Source of the DNA: Nemertoderma westbladi | Taxonomy: Eukaryota; Animalia; Xenacoelomorpha | Length of the DNA stretch: 64,000 nucleotides | Assembly (NCBI GenBank): GCA_032718475.1 | Contig: JAUCBJ010008332.1 | Location: 48,835-112,834 of the forward strand | Direction: 5' to 3' | Shown: piece after piece, positions 38,870 through 51,870 of the stretch | Numbering within the stretch: position 1 is the first letter of the stretch | How the letters are laid out: each line of letters begins with the position of its first letter | Translations under genes and position numbers: made by a program | Notes under the pieces: model-generated | The model's database searches: none | What the model was told of the DNA's origin: nothing | The model's input: only the letters and a program-made list of their open reading frames with translations

Positions 38870-39574
38870 TGTACAGTAGGATATGCCAATATTCCAAAAG
38901 TTCGAGAGGTACTTGCCCGTAACTTTCTAAAATATTGTAACTTTTTCTCCAGTACGCCCATACAAAATTTTGTTGAAAATGGTTAAAATCTTCAAAAGTT
39001 ATTTACGAATGTATTTTTCATTAAAGACAGATGGACAGACAGAAAGACGGACGCAATTACATGAAATTTTGCCCTATTTACTAATTATCATTATGCGTTA
39101 AGGCTCGCCTTTACTGCGTGGCTCGACCCACAATCACAGAAAACCATGGTCACGAAATTTTAAAAATTACGTGTATCACCAAATTTCAATTCCAGAACGA
39201 AAAATACCTGTTATGCCTCTGAACTAAACATTAGATATATTGTACTGTATGGCCTACACAACTCCACATCCAAAAATGCGATGTGTATTAGAATTTCTAT
39301 GGTTTTTGGCAACTTTATAATTTGCTTTATAATTTTTTATTTTGAGAAATTCTGACATAGGGTGCGAGAAAGTGGTGAAAGTTAAGTGTAGTTGGATGAA
39401 AGTTGAATGTAGTTGGGTGGAAGTGGAGCGTAGTTGGGTGAAAGTGAGTCAAAGTTGAGAGTAGTTGTGTGGAGAGCTGGATGTTCTGTGGGACGAGTCA
39501 CGCAGTCATGGCGAGACTTAGCGCACAATTGCAATTAGTAAAAATAAAGCAAAATTTAATCTCCGTCAGTTTAC

Positions 39575-39885
39575 AAAAGCCCGCCTCTGTAATCTGCTCC
39601 TTCCCTCAATTGGTAACAATATCGTTTATTGTTTTGGTTAGAAAAGCCCGCCTCTGTAACCTGCTCCTATCCCTCAATTGGTAACAATATCGTTTATTGT
39701 TTTGGTTAGAAAAGCCCGCCTCTGTAACCTGCTCCTTTTCCTCTATTGGTAACAATATCGTTTATTGTTTTGGTTAGAAAAGCCCGCCTCTGTAACCTGC
39801 TCCTATCCCTCAATTGGTAACAATATCGTTTATTGTTTTGGTTAGAAAAGCCCGCCTCTGTAACCTGCTCCTTTCCCTCTATTGG
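39575..39885. repeat. 68-bp tandem repeat (~4.5 copies)
   Basis: AAAGCCCGCCTCTGTAACCTGCTCCT(A/T)TCCCTC(A/T)ATTGGTAACAATATCGTTTATTGTTTTGGTTAGA repeated. Confidence 0.9.
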
Positions 39886-42170
39886 TAGGTAAAAATAACG
39901 TCATTCCCATCTTCCCACATTCCGATCTCCCTACATTCCCACATTCCCATCCACCTTCCTACATTCCCATCTAATAAGTAATTTAATAATATATCTAATA
40001 AGTAATAAGTAACAAGTAATTTTTTTTAATTATAGAGACATAAATTCAGGCACTATAAATTCAAATATTCAAACACTTTGTGTTTCCCTGTATGGGTTGT
40101 ACATATCTTAGTTTACATATACTGTATGTCGCTGTATATTGGACTTCTTGGGTCTTAAGTTAACCCTATACTGGGCTCCCTGATACAGTATTAAAGGTAA
40201 GAAAATACAAAGTACAGTACTAAATTTGTATAACATTCGAATAATGAATTTATCATGTGTCATGTATGTTAATGGGTCCAGATGTTGTGTTAAAGCCAGT
40301 GTGTTCTTCGCATATTTAACATTAGCCTATGCCTATGGGGAGTATTGTTGTTATAAGATAAATCAGGGGAAGGGAAATACAACTCAACCACTAGATAAAG
40401 CGGCTCTCTTTACTACTTTCAGCTATCCCGGGAGGTTGATTGACAGGCATTTCTAAGCTTTGATATTTAGCCGCTCTAGGTAGACTTGCATTAGGCAAAT
40501 TCCAAGTGATTTCCTAAAGGTTATTTTATTCCTATTATGAACCTAATAGGATCCCATTAGGAGCCTAATATGATCCTATTAGGAGCCTAATAGGATCCTA
40601 TCAGGATCCAATAGGACGTTATTTAAAAGCGTTACTGTATCATGATACATAAAGGATAATTACATAATTATAATTGCATTAAACATACTGTATAATATTG
40701 AATATTATGTCTATTAATTTTGAACGAATTATAGCATTGCCATTCCCATAACAGAAGCTTCCAATGCGATTTCGTCGTTAAGGCTGTGACTGTGACCCTC
40801 CTGTGTATCAATACCTTTTACATTAACACTACGCCAGTTTAGTTTGTACTGTAGCTTCATTAGTTTGGAGTATCGGTGCGTGGTATATGTCGACATCTGT
40901 AGGTATCTGGATCGTTCGCCAATAGTCTCTATCTCTCCTTTGTATATTTATTGTTAAATTTATCAATTATTCTAGAACCAACCTGCAATAAATATAAACG
41001 TTAGTTTGTTACAGTATTTTCATAAATTGCTCAGCAGTGGGTGCAAAATACAGTACATGAAGCTTTTAAAAAGCTCATATCTCAGCAATTCCTCATAGAA
41101 GTTCAGAGTTTGTTACTGTACATATTATAATTTGTGGAAGTTGGGTGCCATACAGTATAGTTTGGTGTAAGTTGGATGAGGTTGGGTTGAAGTTGGGTGT
41201 AGTTGGGTGTTTAGGCAGACCCGTAATCACATAATGACCATTGACCATACCATACCAAACTTTTACAGTACTTTTTAACTACAATATTTTGTTTTTTGCC
41301 TTCTCTCTCATTGTCTTCTTTGTTTTTATTGGCTTGTTTGTTTTGGGCTTGTTTTGTTCATCGATCATTGTGCTTTGGCTGTCCGATCCTCTGCTACTTT
41401 CCCTCAATTTGTACTGTGGTTGGTGCCGTTAACAACATAGTTTATTGTTTTGGTCAGAATGCTGCCGCTGTAACCTGCTCCTTTCCTTAAATTGGTAGGT
41501 AACAACAGCGTTTATTGATTCCCACATTCACATTCCCATCCACCTTCCCATCCAGCAAACCTAAAACAATAATAAGTTGTGAAATAATTGTTGAACTGTA
41601 TCAAAATCTAATTAATACATTATGACAATGTACTGTATAATAATTTCAGATCAGACAGTCTGATTCATAATGTAGGTCTACAAAACTTCTATACATTGAC
41701 CTGACTGCCTGACTGCGCCTGACACTCGCTAATACTAAATTTTCACTTCTTGGTGCTCTTTTGTGGTCTTTTGCATTCTTTTGCTGTCTTTTGCGGTCTT
41801 TTGCTGTCTTTTGCGGTCTTTTGCGGTCTTTTGCGGTAATTCGTCTTGCAGTATATCCATGCCTTCTCTGTTCTTTTGTGGTCTTTTGCAGTCTTTTGCG
41901 GTCTTTTGTGGTTTTTTGCGGTCTTTTGTGGTTTTTTGCGGTCTTTTGTGGTTTTTTGCGGTCTTTTGCGGTCTTTTGTGGTCTTTTGCGGTCTTTTTTG
42001 GTCTTTTGCGGTCTTTTGCGGTAATTCGTAGGACCCTTAAAATAGGGCTACTTTGCCTTAGGACAACTTAACTTTGCCCGATATTTTCTTGATCAACATA
42101 AACACTGTCAACTTTGTCAGCAATTAATTAATTAATTAATAATTAATTTTTGTACTAACTGTACTACTGT

Positions 42171-43243
42171 CAGGGTTGGCAACCAATGGTTTTTCTCACC
42201 ATTGGTTTTTTATGGTTTTTTGGTTTAACCAACTTTTAAAAAAAGGCGAAAAAATTGGTTTTTTATGGTTTTTTATGGTTTTTCATAAAATTTTACAATT
42301 AACGCTGTAAATAATATAAAGCAGACTGGTAGTCGCATTTCTTTTTCATTTTGCACTGTTAGAATGAAAAAATTTCGAACACTTTGAGTTTTGCTCGCGT
42401 TTCTTTTTCATTTTGCACTGTTACATGTAGAATGAACAAATTTCGCTCACTTTGAGGTTTGCTCTCGTTTCTTTTTCATTTTGCACTGTTAGAAGAAAAA
42501 AATTTCGCTCACTTTGAGTTTTGCTCGCGTTTCTTTATCTTATCATTTTGCTGTTTTGCACTGTTCAGCTGTTAGAATGAACAAATTTCTCTCACTTTGA
42601 GTTTTGCTCGCGTTTCTTTTTCATCTGTTCATTTTGCAATCTTAATGAAAAGGTTTTGCTCGCTTCGCTGGCGTATGTTTCTCGTTTACATTGTTAAAAT
42701 GTTGTGTGCGCGTTTTTTTCGGTGCATGCGCGGTATATCTGTATATTGTCAAATACTGCGCGGCTGAAAAATTGTGCGCAGGCGTTGTGCGCGGTTCAGT
42801 GGTGGTTTGCAGCCTGGCAGCCTGGCGTGCAGTGGAGCAGTGCAGACGTCTGGACGTTGGTATGTATTTTTACGTTGTATGTTGTTAGTATTTTGTCACA
42901 TGCTGACATGGGCTGATGGGTTGGATGAGAATAAGGCTGTAAGGACAGAACAGCAGAAGAAACGCTTCAAACCAGCATACTGTACAGCTGTATGTGGCCT
43001 TATTCAGTTATCTGGTTATTCCAGTATTTTGTTCTATTGGCTGATTGGGCAAGCGCAAGGCAGCAAGGGTTGTACTGTCAGACTGTTGTACGTAGACCCT
43101 ACATTTGTATGTATTGCTGTATTGGATTTAATTAAACCACAGAAAAACCATAAAAAACCATAAAAAACCGAAAAAAACCATAATAAACCAAACAATAAAA
43201 CCAAAAATTTTTTTTCAAAAAACCATGGTTTTTGCCATCCCTG
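42171..43243. mobile_element. hAT-type MITE with internal tandem repeats
   Basis: CAGGGTTGGCAACCAATGG ... CCATGGTTTTTGCCATCCCTG, exact TSD ACTACTGT; ~60-bp repeats at 42340-42660. Confidence 0.9.
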
Positions 43244-45193
43244 ACTACTGTATAGAGCATTACGGTACTGCGGTAGGCCTACTGCATTAATAGAGGAGAT
43301 TCTAACAGTTCTTAGTTCTTAACTATTAGTTAACTGGACAGCTGAACATCCATGGCGATAGCAAGTCCCTCAAGCTCACAAGGGAGCCATGAGGCCTGAT
43401 GGCTGCGTAGTTTTGCTGAATAATACCCAGCTATAAGGAAGGTTGATGCTCGTTGTGCATACAAAGCAGCAGAACTAAGCAGTAGATTCTAAATTAGTGC
43501 TAAAGGCTAATTATACACATGCAGACATGCATCCTCTATAATCAAATATGTTCAAATCATATTAATTACAGAATTATGTGAACTTAATAATTGTTAGTTC
43601 TTAACTTAGTGCTAAGGCTAATTATACACATGCATCCTCTATAATCAAATATGTTCAAATCATATTAATCAGTTAATTACAGAATTATGTGATATCTATA
43701 TACATACAGATATAACTGTATAATAAAAAACCTAAAGAACCTTTAGGTTTTTTTAAAAACCCTAAGCAAAAAACCTAAACCTATTTTTTTTCTTTAAAAA
43801 ACCTAGGTTTTTTCCACCCCTGATTCACACGCACCAGACAGCCAGATGCGGAAGCGGCAATCTTTCTGCCCGCACTGATGATGATCTATTTTTAAATAAT
43901 ATAACTTACAATATAATTATGTTGTGAATTACATTACAGTAATTTGTTGTGGCATTTTATAGCCTACTGAGTCAGTAAGTATTATTCATGTAAATAGTTT
44001 TTTTTAGTTAATTATGTAATTTATAAGGCCTACTAACCTAAATAGGCCGCTGACTGGGCGTTGGGCATACGGTTGTCACGGTGGTATAGGGGTTGCATCG
44101 TAGAGAGGCAGTGAGTGAGGTGATGCGACGAGGGTGAGGAGCCAGGGCAACTCACTGGAGGCGCAGCTATGAGCAACTGGGTGGCGCAGGTGGTGGGCGT
44201 GTGTTGGGGGTTTCCGGTGGAGATGGTCAGCGAACAATGAACTTAGGAGCACAGGGATATTCTTCATGTTGGAAATGGGATTGCATCGAAGGACAGAGAC
44301 TTAGTTCCTACTAGGAGGAACTAGTACTGGAAGTACCAGTGACTGGAAGACTTAATGGAGGTGGTGTATTACTTGCAATATGGAGGTGAGAAAGGCTTTG
44401 GGTCACGAATATAGAACTACAGGCAATCACAGGAACATAGTTCGTCATCTGACCAAGAATAAACTCTAGGTTGATCAAGATCTTGACGTCAGTGTGGATC
44501 AAGCAACCGCGACTGTGTTGGGTTTCACTAGTGAATCAACAGAGAGGAGCGGTGTTGGAGTGATGCAGCCATGTGGGCATTGGAAGCCCGTGACCTGGAG
44601 TTGGAGTTCAGGGGACTGGGACAGGTTATGACGCCACACCTTAAAACTGTTTATTCACCCATTCTTAATGAAGGATGTGAGTTTAGGAAACTTCAATGTG
44701 GCGTTAAATGCCGGGTTACAGTGATAAGCTAATTCGAGTTGGAAATGATGCACTCTAATGATGAGTGTGTCGGTTGGTGCGAGTGAGTGGAAGCGAACAG
44801 GTAATGTCTGGTGAGGTAGAGAAGGAGGGGAAGGAAATACGATGGCATAATGCCAGAAGTAAGACGGAAATATGAATGTAGGAAGGTAAACACGAGGAAA
44901 GAGCAATTAATGCTTATAATGAACCATTAAGCAACATGGTAAGTCAACAGCAAACCGGTAAGTATATAGCACAAGTAATAGCTACACGCTGAATATGAAA
45001 CAGTGCTGCAGTAGCCATGATCAGTCCTTCAAAATACTACCGGTACATTAACAGCAAAGACTGATAGGCATGATCAACGATAAGACCATGATATGCAGGC
45101 ATAGGGAATAACCTAACTGGCTGCAATATAGATAAACAATTTATACATTATTTCATTACGTTAAGATATCAATTTAGCTAAAATTCTATTGAA

Positions 45194-45950
45194 TTATCGC
45201 TCAATTCCTGCCATGTAAAAACTATTACTATAATTATAACTGCCATTAGGCAATGGTGGCTCATTCCTAAATTCTAGAACCAACTCATAGACAGCACTAT
45301 ATGAACATATAAAAAACACACAGACGCCGGATACAGCTATAGCTATATTAATTGCCACAGCAACGTAAGTTAGTTTGTCCCATTTTAGATGGAGGTAGAA
45401 CCAAGCAGGACAGATAAAACATAAAAAAGCACCGCAAGTAGAACCTATAATTGAGTTCATTAATTCGTAATACGGAAGAAATGCCGCCCAAACTACCATA
45501 CTTAATATAATAAGTAAACGCCAGAAAACCGCCGAAGTCTTTAATTTTCCCTCATCTGTAGAACAACTTTGGTAACTGGAACAAAGTTTGACACCTTCGT
45601 GAGCTCCGTAAACGCAGGAATTTTCAAAAGTGTCTACAAATGCGAAGTACCACAATGGAGCTTGCAAAAGTGTTCGCAAAATCATAATCACGCTCAGTGT
45701 TGCTTTGGTTATATAATTATCAACGTCGTCTGTGACAATTTCATCAGTATCAATGTTGTATGGAAGAAAACATACGATACTGTAAAATAGTTTTATAATC
45801 GTGGAAAACATATAGCTAGTGTTGATGAGTTTCGGGAATAAGTTGGGGTCTTCCATTGTATCTTCGAATCTGATGAATACAACATGTCCCATATTGGATA
45901 GGATTATGAAGCTAACAGCCACGGCTGCGCCGCTCAAGTTGCCTTCCAAT
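45194..45950 (-). CDS. SLC32/VIAAT-like transporter, exon 5 (terminal)
   Basis: CAACAG|LEGNLSG...FEDTMEDP...LPYYELMNSIIGSTCGAFLCFICPAWFYLHLKW, typical of the Aa_trans family. The five exons total 1380 nt, i.e. 459 aa plus stop. Confidence 0.9.
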
Positions 45951-46952
45951 CTGTTGATAGATTAAACAAAAAAGTGATGAATTGTGGGGTGGGTTGCATT
46001 AAATATAATTCAGTTATTGTGTAGTTTAAATAGAAAATATGTAAATTATTAATTGCTTTACTGTCCCCGAAAAATACTACACTTACTTCCTAATAAATAA
46101 TATATTATTTAACATTAACAGTAGGTTTAAGTGTTGTGGCTGGGGTTGGGAACATTTAAGTTGATCAAAAAGAACTTTCGTTAAAGTTCGTCAAAGAAAA
46201 ACGTTGAGTTAATTCTATAAATGTATATAATAACATAAATATGAATGGGTTTAATGAGTCAAATAAGTTGCATCGATTTGGCATGTTTACTTTGGAAATA
46301 ACAATAATTAATTCCAAACATTTATGTATATAATTGTGTGAAAAGTAGCACTTTTCAGTGTTACGATCCGAGTCTATTTATGTAACGAGCGAGCAAAGTG
46401 AAGTAGGTATATATAAATAGGTAACGGTCATAAAAACTGAATACTACCGCTTCATACAATCATGTAAGTAAGTTTGTTACATAATGGAAACTCATTAAAT
46501 GTTCGAGATTGCGGATGCTTAACTAAACACTCTATTATTATAATGTTAAAGATTATTTTAGTTTATTTTATTTTAGTTTGATTTCATTTTATTTTAGCTG
46601 ATTAATTTAATATCCATCTATGTTCTATGCAACAACTACTATTGTACAGATATTTAAACAACATACAGTAAACTCGAAACCCTACAGCATGCAATATTGG
46701 CAGTGGAGTATACACAAGAAATATTGCAAAAATATATTTTTTCTCAAATGATTGATAACTTTGCAGCGTTACGAGGTTGTTTATGTGAGCTTAGTTGTAT
46801 GATAAGCATGTGTACGAGCATCTTTATTCATTAAATGTCTTATAAATATAGAATTGAAATTATTTTGGCCAGTAAAATTTAAAATAATCTATTTCCAAAT
46901 CGATTTGTGCTAAGAACTTGCCAATCGTGATAAAAGTGAACCATAAACTAAC

Positions 46953-47159
46953 CTGCGGGGATCCCACTGAAACTGTGACGTCAACGTAAAACTGTAGGAG
47001 ATGATGGCGGCGACCCAAAGAATGAATGCAATAAAGGTGAGGAGACTAAGACGGGAGAGGAAACGATAATCTCGTAGGAGTACACATGGGAGTAGAGGAG
47101 CACTTAGGATAAACACCCAATGAGTAATGCGAATCTCAGGCAATAGATTCATTACAATT
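46953..47159 (-). CDS. SLC32/VIAAT-like transporter, exon 4
   Basis: TTCTAG|IVMNLLPEIRITHWVFILSAPLLPCVLLRDYRFLSRLSL...WDPR|GTTAGT, phases 2/2. Confidence 0.88.
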
Positions 47160-47617
47160 CTAGAACACAAAATATGATTATATATTTTAAAGAAATACAG
47201 CATTTGGTTTTTAAAAATAACCCAACACTTTATTTAATAGGCTGCTGTAGGCCTACATAGTCGAACAGCTTTCAACAATTCTTGAGCCTTCATGCAATGC
47301 AACAGAACTGAAGAACATCACTAAATACCATACCGGTAGTACTGCTCTCGCCTCTCTGGGACATTCGACGCAATCAAAATATTGACCTTTGATGGAAATA
47401 ACAGCTGATTATTCCCAAAAATAAAACTGCAACCAATATTGAGTTTCGTTTATCGTTTTGGTTAGAATACGTGCCTCTGTAGCCTGCTTCTTTCTCTACA
47501 TTGGTGATTTAACATTGAGACGAAATATTAATTCGCCGAGATTTATGTCCAGCTTCCCCATGTCTCGATGTTCTATTACTGGGGTGTTTTGCATTCAAAT
47601 AGTGTTTAATCACTAAC

Positions 47618-47755
47618 CCTTGAGTTAAATGACCATTGAGCACCAGGAGACCACTAGTAAACATGAACACTTTGAACAGAAGAGAAACCTTTATAAATAC
47701 GTCACCAAATCGTGAACCCCAAACAACAGATGCTAATTGTTCGTATGTATAATAC
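47618..47755 (-). CDS. SLC32/VIAAT-like transporter, exon 3
   Basis: TTCCAG|...YYTYEQLASVVWGSRFGDVFIKVSLLFKVFMFTSGLLVLNGHLTQ|GTTAGT, phases 2/2 consistent with neighbours. Confidence 0.85.
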
Positions 47756-48429
47756 CTGGAATAGTTTTATGACATTTCAAAACAACTACTACTACTACTA
47801 GGATCGGCATGCTGCATTGCAGCTGCATTTTTAAGAATGCTGTGCCGGCTTGGTGGGGTTTCAAAACAAAACCTCTTTTGAACTCGAGCGGGTTAAATCT
47901 AGCTCGAATGTGGATAATATTTCATACCGAAAATGTATAAAAAACATGTAACATTCATTCATTAAACATCAAAACGGTAAGCCGGCACTTTATTAGTACT
48001 GTAAATATAAAAGGGTCGGGCAGTTACAAATTATAAGCGAAATAAAATTAACAATAAATGGACTTACAAATAATATTAATAAAACAATAAAGAGAGTAAT
48101 TGCACGAGAGACTGTTTAGGAAGCAAGGTAAGAAATGCACCAATTACAAAGATCCTCAACGGCGCAAACAATATAACGGGGACCAGGGGCAATTATAAGA
48201 CATTGAAGTAGGCAAGAATACTAGACCTTTTCTGCTCGTGACTCAGAGTTTTTATTTGCAAATATATTTTTTTGTTAAAGATTTATTTTAGGATTAAGTT
48301 AAAACTAATCAATTCGCGGGGTGTGCGTGAAGTTCATGATGGATGATAGCCTAGTCCAACAACCAACTGAAACAAAATTGTTTCATTGGAAGGAGAACAT
48401 TTCAAGTAGGCCTACAACTAAGTCCCAGT

Positions 48430-48650
48430 CCGGTACGGTTTAGAGAATTTACATCTCTCCAGAGTTCGTGGTTTCGACCCCTGCATGGGGGCCAGGGTAG
48501 TCTTCGTTATGGCCCGAATGCTTTAAAGGCACTAATCAGGGGCATCGACATCTGTCTTGCATCCTTAACTGTTAAATGAGAACCAGTTACCTTTGGGGAG
48601 TATAGGTCTACGGGGAAGGGCCGCACTAAAATAAGTCGTAAGACTTTGTA
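48430..48650 (+). mobile_element. Diverged copy of the 15871-16138 SINE, in the transporter intron
   Basis: Shares GGGCCAGGG..CGAATGCTTTAAAGG..CCTTAA..TAAATGAG..GGGGAGTA..AAATAAGT..AGACTTTGT. Confidence 0.7.
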
Positions 48651-49112
48651 TATAACCATATTTAAACACAAAAATTTTAATTAAAAATTACAAATATAAT
48701 TATCTTTATCTGGAGGCCAGGCAGGACTGAGAAAGGAGGACAACTGGAGCCAGTTATGGGCTCTTCGAACAGTAGAGCCATCTGGCCTCCAAATAAAGAT
48801 TATTCTAACTCCTTATCTGTGCAACATTGTATTATTTTAAATTTAATTTTTTATAATATATTTTAAACTATATTTTTAATTCAACAGAAACAATAATAAA
48901 GTATCTTCGTTGTCCCGCTTGTGGTTGCTGTATATTTAAAAATAATAAAAAATAAATTACAAATAATTCATTTTAATAAAAATATAAACTAACTAATTTA
49001 ACAACTTTGTTACATTCATAATTTTTTGGATCGAATCATTCATTAGGCGTAATGATTTTACTGTAATTAGGTGACCTAAATGTACAAGTTTAATGGTGAT
49101 AAGTATACGTAC

Positions 49113-49264
49113 AATTTAACCCTTTTCCCATCGCTTTCTCCGTAAAGACAGTCAATAAGTATCTTAGCCGTGTAACTCATAGCAAAGTTCGTCGTAATAA
49201 TAGCAACTATAGCAATAACACCAGATTGAGCCATGGTGAATGGAAGACCTAAAAGTGGGGGGCC
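49113..49264 (-). CDS. SLC32/VIAAT-like transporter, exon 2
   Basis: TTTTACAG|GPPLLGLPFTMAQSGVIAIVAIITTNFAMSYTAKILIDCLYGESDGKRVK|GTACGT, resembling VIAAT LGLPYA...YTGKILIACLY. Confidence 0.88.
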
Positions 49265-49483
49265 CTGTAAAAAGTAAGTTAACCAAAATTAAAAGTTACT
49301 GGGGGATACCTGTTAAATGAAAATAAAGGAAGACAGTTTTCCTTTCCATTAAGTTACAGTCCATAAAGTAAAGTGGTCCATCTTAGCCTACCATATGTAG
49401 GATAAATTGGGTAACAAATAGTGATCCGAATTTCCAACACTTACCAACAAGCACACAGATGTGTTCCACCATGCAACACTTAC

Positions 49484-49609
49484 CAACAAGCACACAGATG
49501 TGTTCCACCATGTTTCCCAATAACTATTTTTGCGCATATACGACGATTTTCGAGACTTGGACTTCTGGTTCGCTGAATCGTTTTCTGCAATTTCTTCATG
49601 TTTTTGCAT
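49484..49609 (-). CDS. SLC32/VIAAT-like amino acid transporter, coding exon 1 (alternative donor at 49445)
   Basis: ATG at 49609; MQKHEE...SYWETWWNTSVCLL|GTAAGT, phase 0. Confidence 0.75.
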
Positions 49610-49930
49610 TTTATTCTGATGCTCACAATTCTAGGCTATAAAGATGTCTTTAACTAAACTCTTGAAAGGGATACAGGACTTGTACAGTAAGAATCGGGAA
49701 GGATCTCATTTCCACTGTCTGAGCTCGCTCGACCTAGTACAGTAGTAGTAGTACTGTAGTAAATAAATTATACTGCTTAGGCTAAAATTGTGGTTAAATA
49801 AACTGAGGGTAGACCATTTATTAAATCTAAAATAAAATTTATAATCAACAGAACGCCACCCCAAAATCAATGCAATAAAATATGATTTCACATTTTAATT
49901 CGAAAATAGAAAATATAGATAGTTAGTTAA

Positions 49931-51226
49931 CCCTATATACCCTGGACCTTTTAGCTCTTCCCGCAGCCTGGGGGGTGGGGGATTCGACCCAGACCTGATT
50001 TCTTATCCTGTTTTTGATGAAATTCACTGAAATTTGGTAACAATATATCTAGTGGTACATTTTAACACATATATGAAAATTAGTATATGAAAATTAGTGG
50101 TTTTGTGCGCAATGAAAAAATTTAAATTAATTGCTAATAATGTGACATATGTACCTGATTTTCAAGTCTCACGTGAATATTGGCGGTGGCGAATTCAATG
50201 GGAGAGAAATTGAGTTGATTCAAGTACTGCAACTGCCATTTTTCGTGCGGACACCAAAAAGTGGGTGCAGCACTAAATTTGTGTTTTTTAATATTCATTT
50301 TATAATCTATATGTATTTCCGCGATTCATCCGATTAACGCAACTACCATTTTTCAAGCGTGCACCAAAAGTGCGTGCAGCACGAAATTTTAAAAATTATT
50401 TGTTTCGAAATATTCATTTTATAAACTAAACGCATATCCCATCTCAGATAAATATAATTTCAGGCATAATAAAATAACTTATTCTAAGCAGGGTCGATAG
50501 TAAAGGGAAGGAAAGGGTCAGGGTTGAATAAACTCCAATGAAATAATTGCTGATGCTGACTAATATAAATAGTGTTGTTGAGTTGTAGTGTTGCGTTACT
50601 CAGATGAACTCCATTTTATTACCATTGCATTCACAATCACAGAAAACCTATATAGATAACAGGAATATACTGTAGATCATACGATGAATATTTAAACAAA
50701 ACAAATTTTAAAAATTTCGAGCAGCGGATGCACCTACTTTTGGTGCACGAAAAATGGTAGTTGCGTTACTCCTATGAACTTCATTTCAAATCCATTGAAT
50801 TCGCGATGACAGAAAACCTATAATTCGCGTGAATATAGGCCAAATAATGATAATTTCGAAACAATTAATTTTGAAAAAAATTTCGTGTAGCACCCAATTT
50901 TGGTACCCGCACGAAATATACATGTTAGGCCTCTAAACTATACATTAGATATATTGTACTAAACTCCACATCCATAAAAGCGATATAGAATAGAATTTGT
51001 ATGGTTTTAGGCAACTTTATAATTTACTCTATAATTTTTTCTCGCATGAAAAAAACGGGCGAGGTTATAGAGCCACGGTTTTTTTTCGTTTGGAAGAGGA
51101 ATCAATTTGGGGAAAAGTCAAGAAGTTTCAAGGTCATACCTCTAACCCTTTAGAAATGCCAGCGGCTCTTATAATGATGGTCTGGGCGGAACCCCCCCCC
51201 CCCCCCCCCCCCCAGGATAGGTAGGG
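49931..51226. mobile_element. piggyBac-like MITE upstream of the transporter gene
   Basis: TTAA|CCCTATATACCCTGG ... CCAGGATAGGTAGGG|TTAT, with internal inverted repeats. Confidence 0.65.
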
Positions 51227-51715
51227 TTATAACTTAAAGATATAGATAGAGATACGTAGATAACATATATATGATAAGAATGTAAAAATGTACTCACTCA
51301 TATAATAATTATTAGTGAAAAATAATTAATAATATAATTACATAAATTTAATGACTAAAAGCGCTTTTACTAGCTATTAACTGATGAGTAAAGAGTTGAG
51401 TTTCTGTTAAATTCTGACAGATTTATGGCCATCTGATGGTTCATACTAAATAGATCCATCTAATCCCTGGAATATGCATTCCCGAATACAACAGGTGGTT
51501 GCAGCTCAATGGTCAGACCACGTGAATCGATCAAGGAGAATAACATTAATTTCAATCTGGAACCCATTATTTTGTAAATCTCTCGAGTTACCGCTCGTTG
51601 AGATGCACAGGATTCAAATGTGCGGCGAGTGGGGACGCAAGCGAGATTATTATACGGGACCCGGGCTGTTTCATTTGTTATCTGTCGGTCTGCCGGTCGG
51701 TCTGTTTGTTCGGTG

Positions 51716-51870
51716 GGTCGGTCGGTCGGTCGGTCGGTCGGTCGGTCGGTCGGTCGGTCGGTCGGTCGGTCGGTCGGTCGGTCGGTCGGTCGGTCGGTCG
51801 GTCGGTCGGTCGGTCGGTCGGTCGGTCGGTCGGTCGGTCGGTCGGTCGGTCGGTCGGTCCGGTCGGTCGT
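51716..51870. repeat. (GGTC)n microsatellite
   Basis: More than 30 near-perfect GGTC units. Confidence 0.97.

Larger units (their letters stand above)
35792..42036. mobile_element. Foldback-like element with ~1.4-1.6 kb TIRs and 10-bp terminal tandem repeats
   Basis: CGGTCCTACGAATTACCG(CAAAAGACCR)n ... GCGGTAATTCGTAGGACCC. Arms 35792-~37385 and ~40640-42036. Exact 8-bp TSD TTAAAATA (35784-35791 and 42037-42044). Confidence 0.9.
35668..43822. mobile_element. hAT-type non-autonomous element hosting two nested insertions
   Basis: CAGGGCTGGCAAC...CCTAGGTTTTT and AAAAACCTAGGTTTTTTCCACCCCTG; 8-bp TSD ATGCACAC / ATTCACAC (7 of 8 match). Confidence 0.75.

Noticed and set aside
44050-44910. GC-richer segment with short Pro/Ser-rich minus-strand ORFs
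   Set aside because: Possibly an old retroelement remnant, but no motif could be identified.
51375-51420. CTGATGAG hammerhead-like core
   Set aside because: No stem II and GAAA motif follow it.
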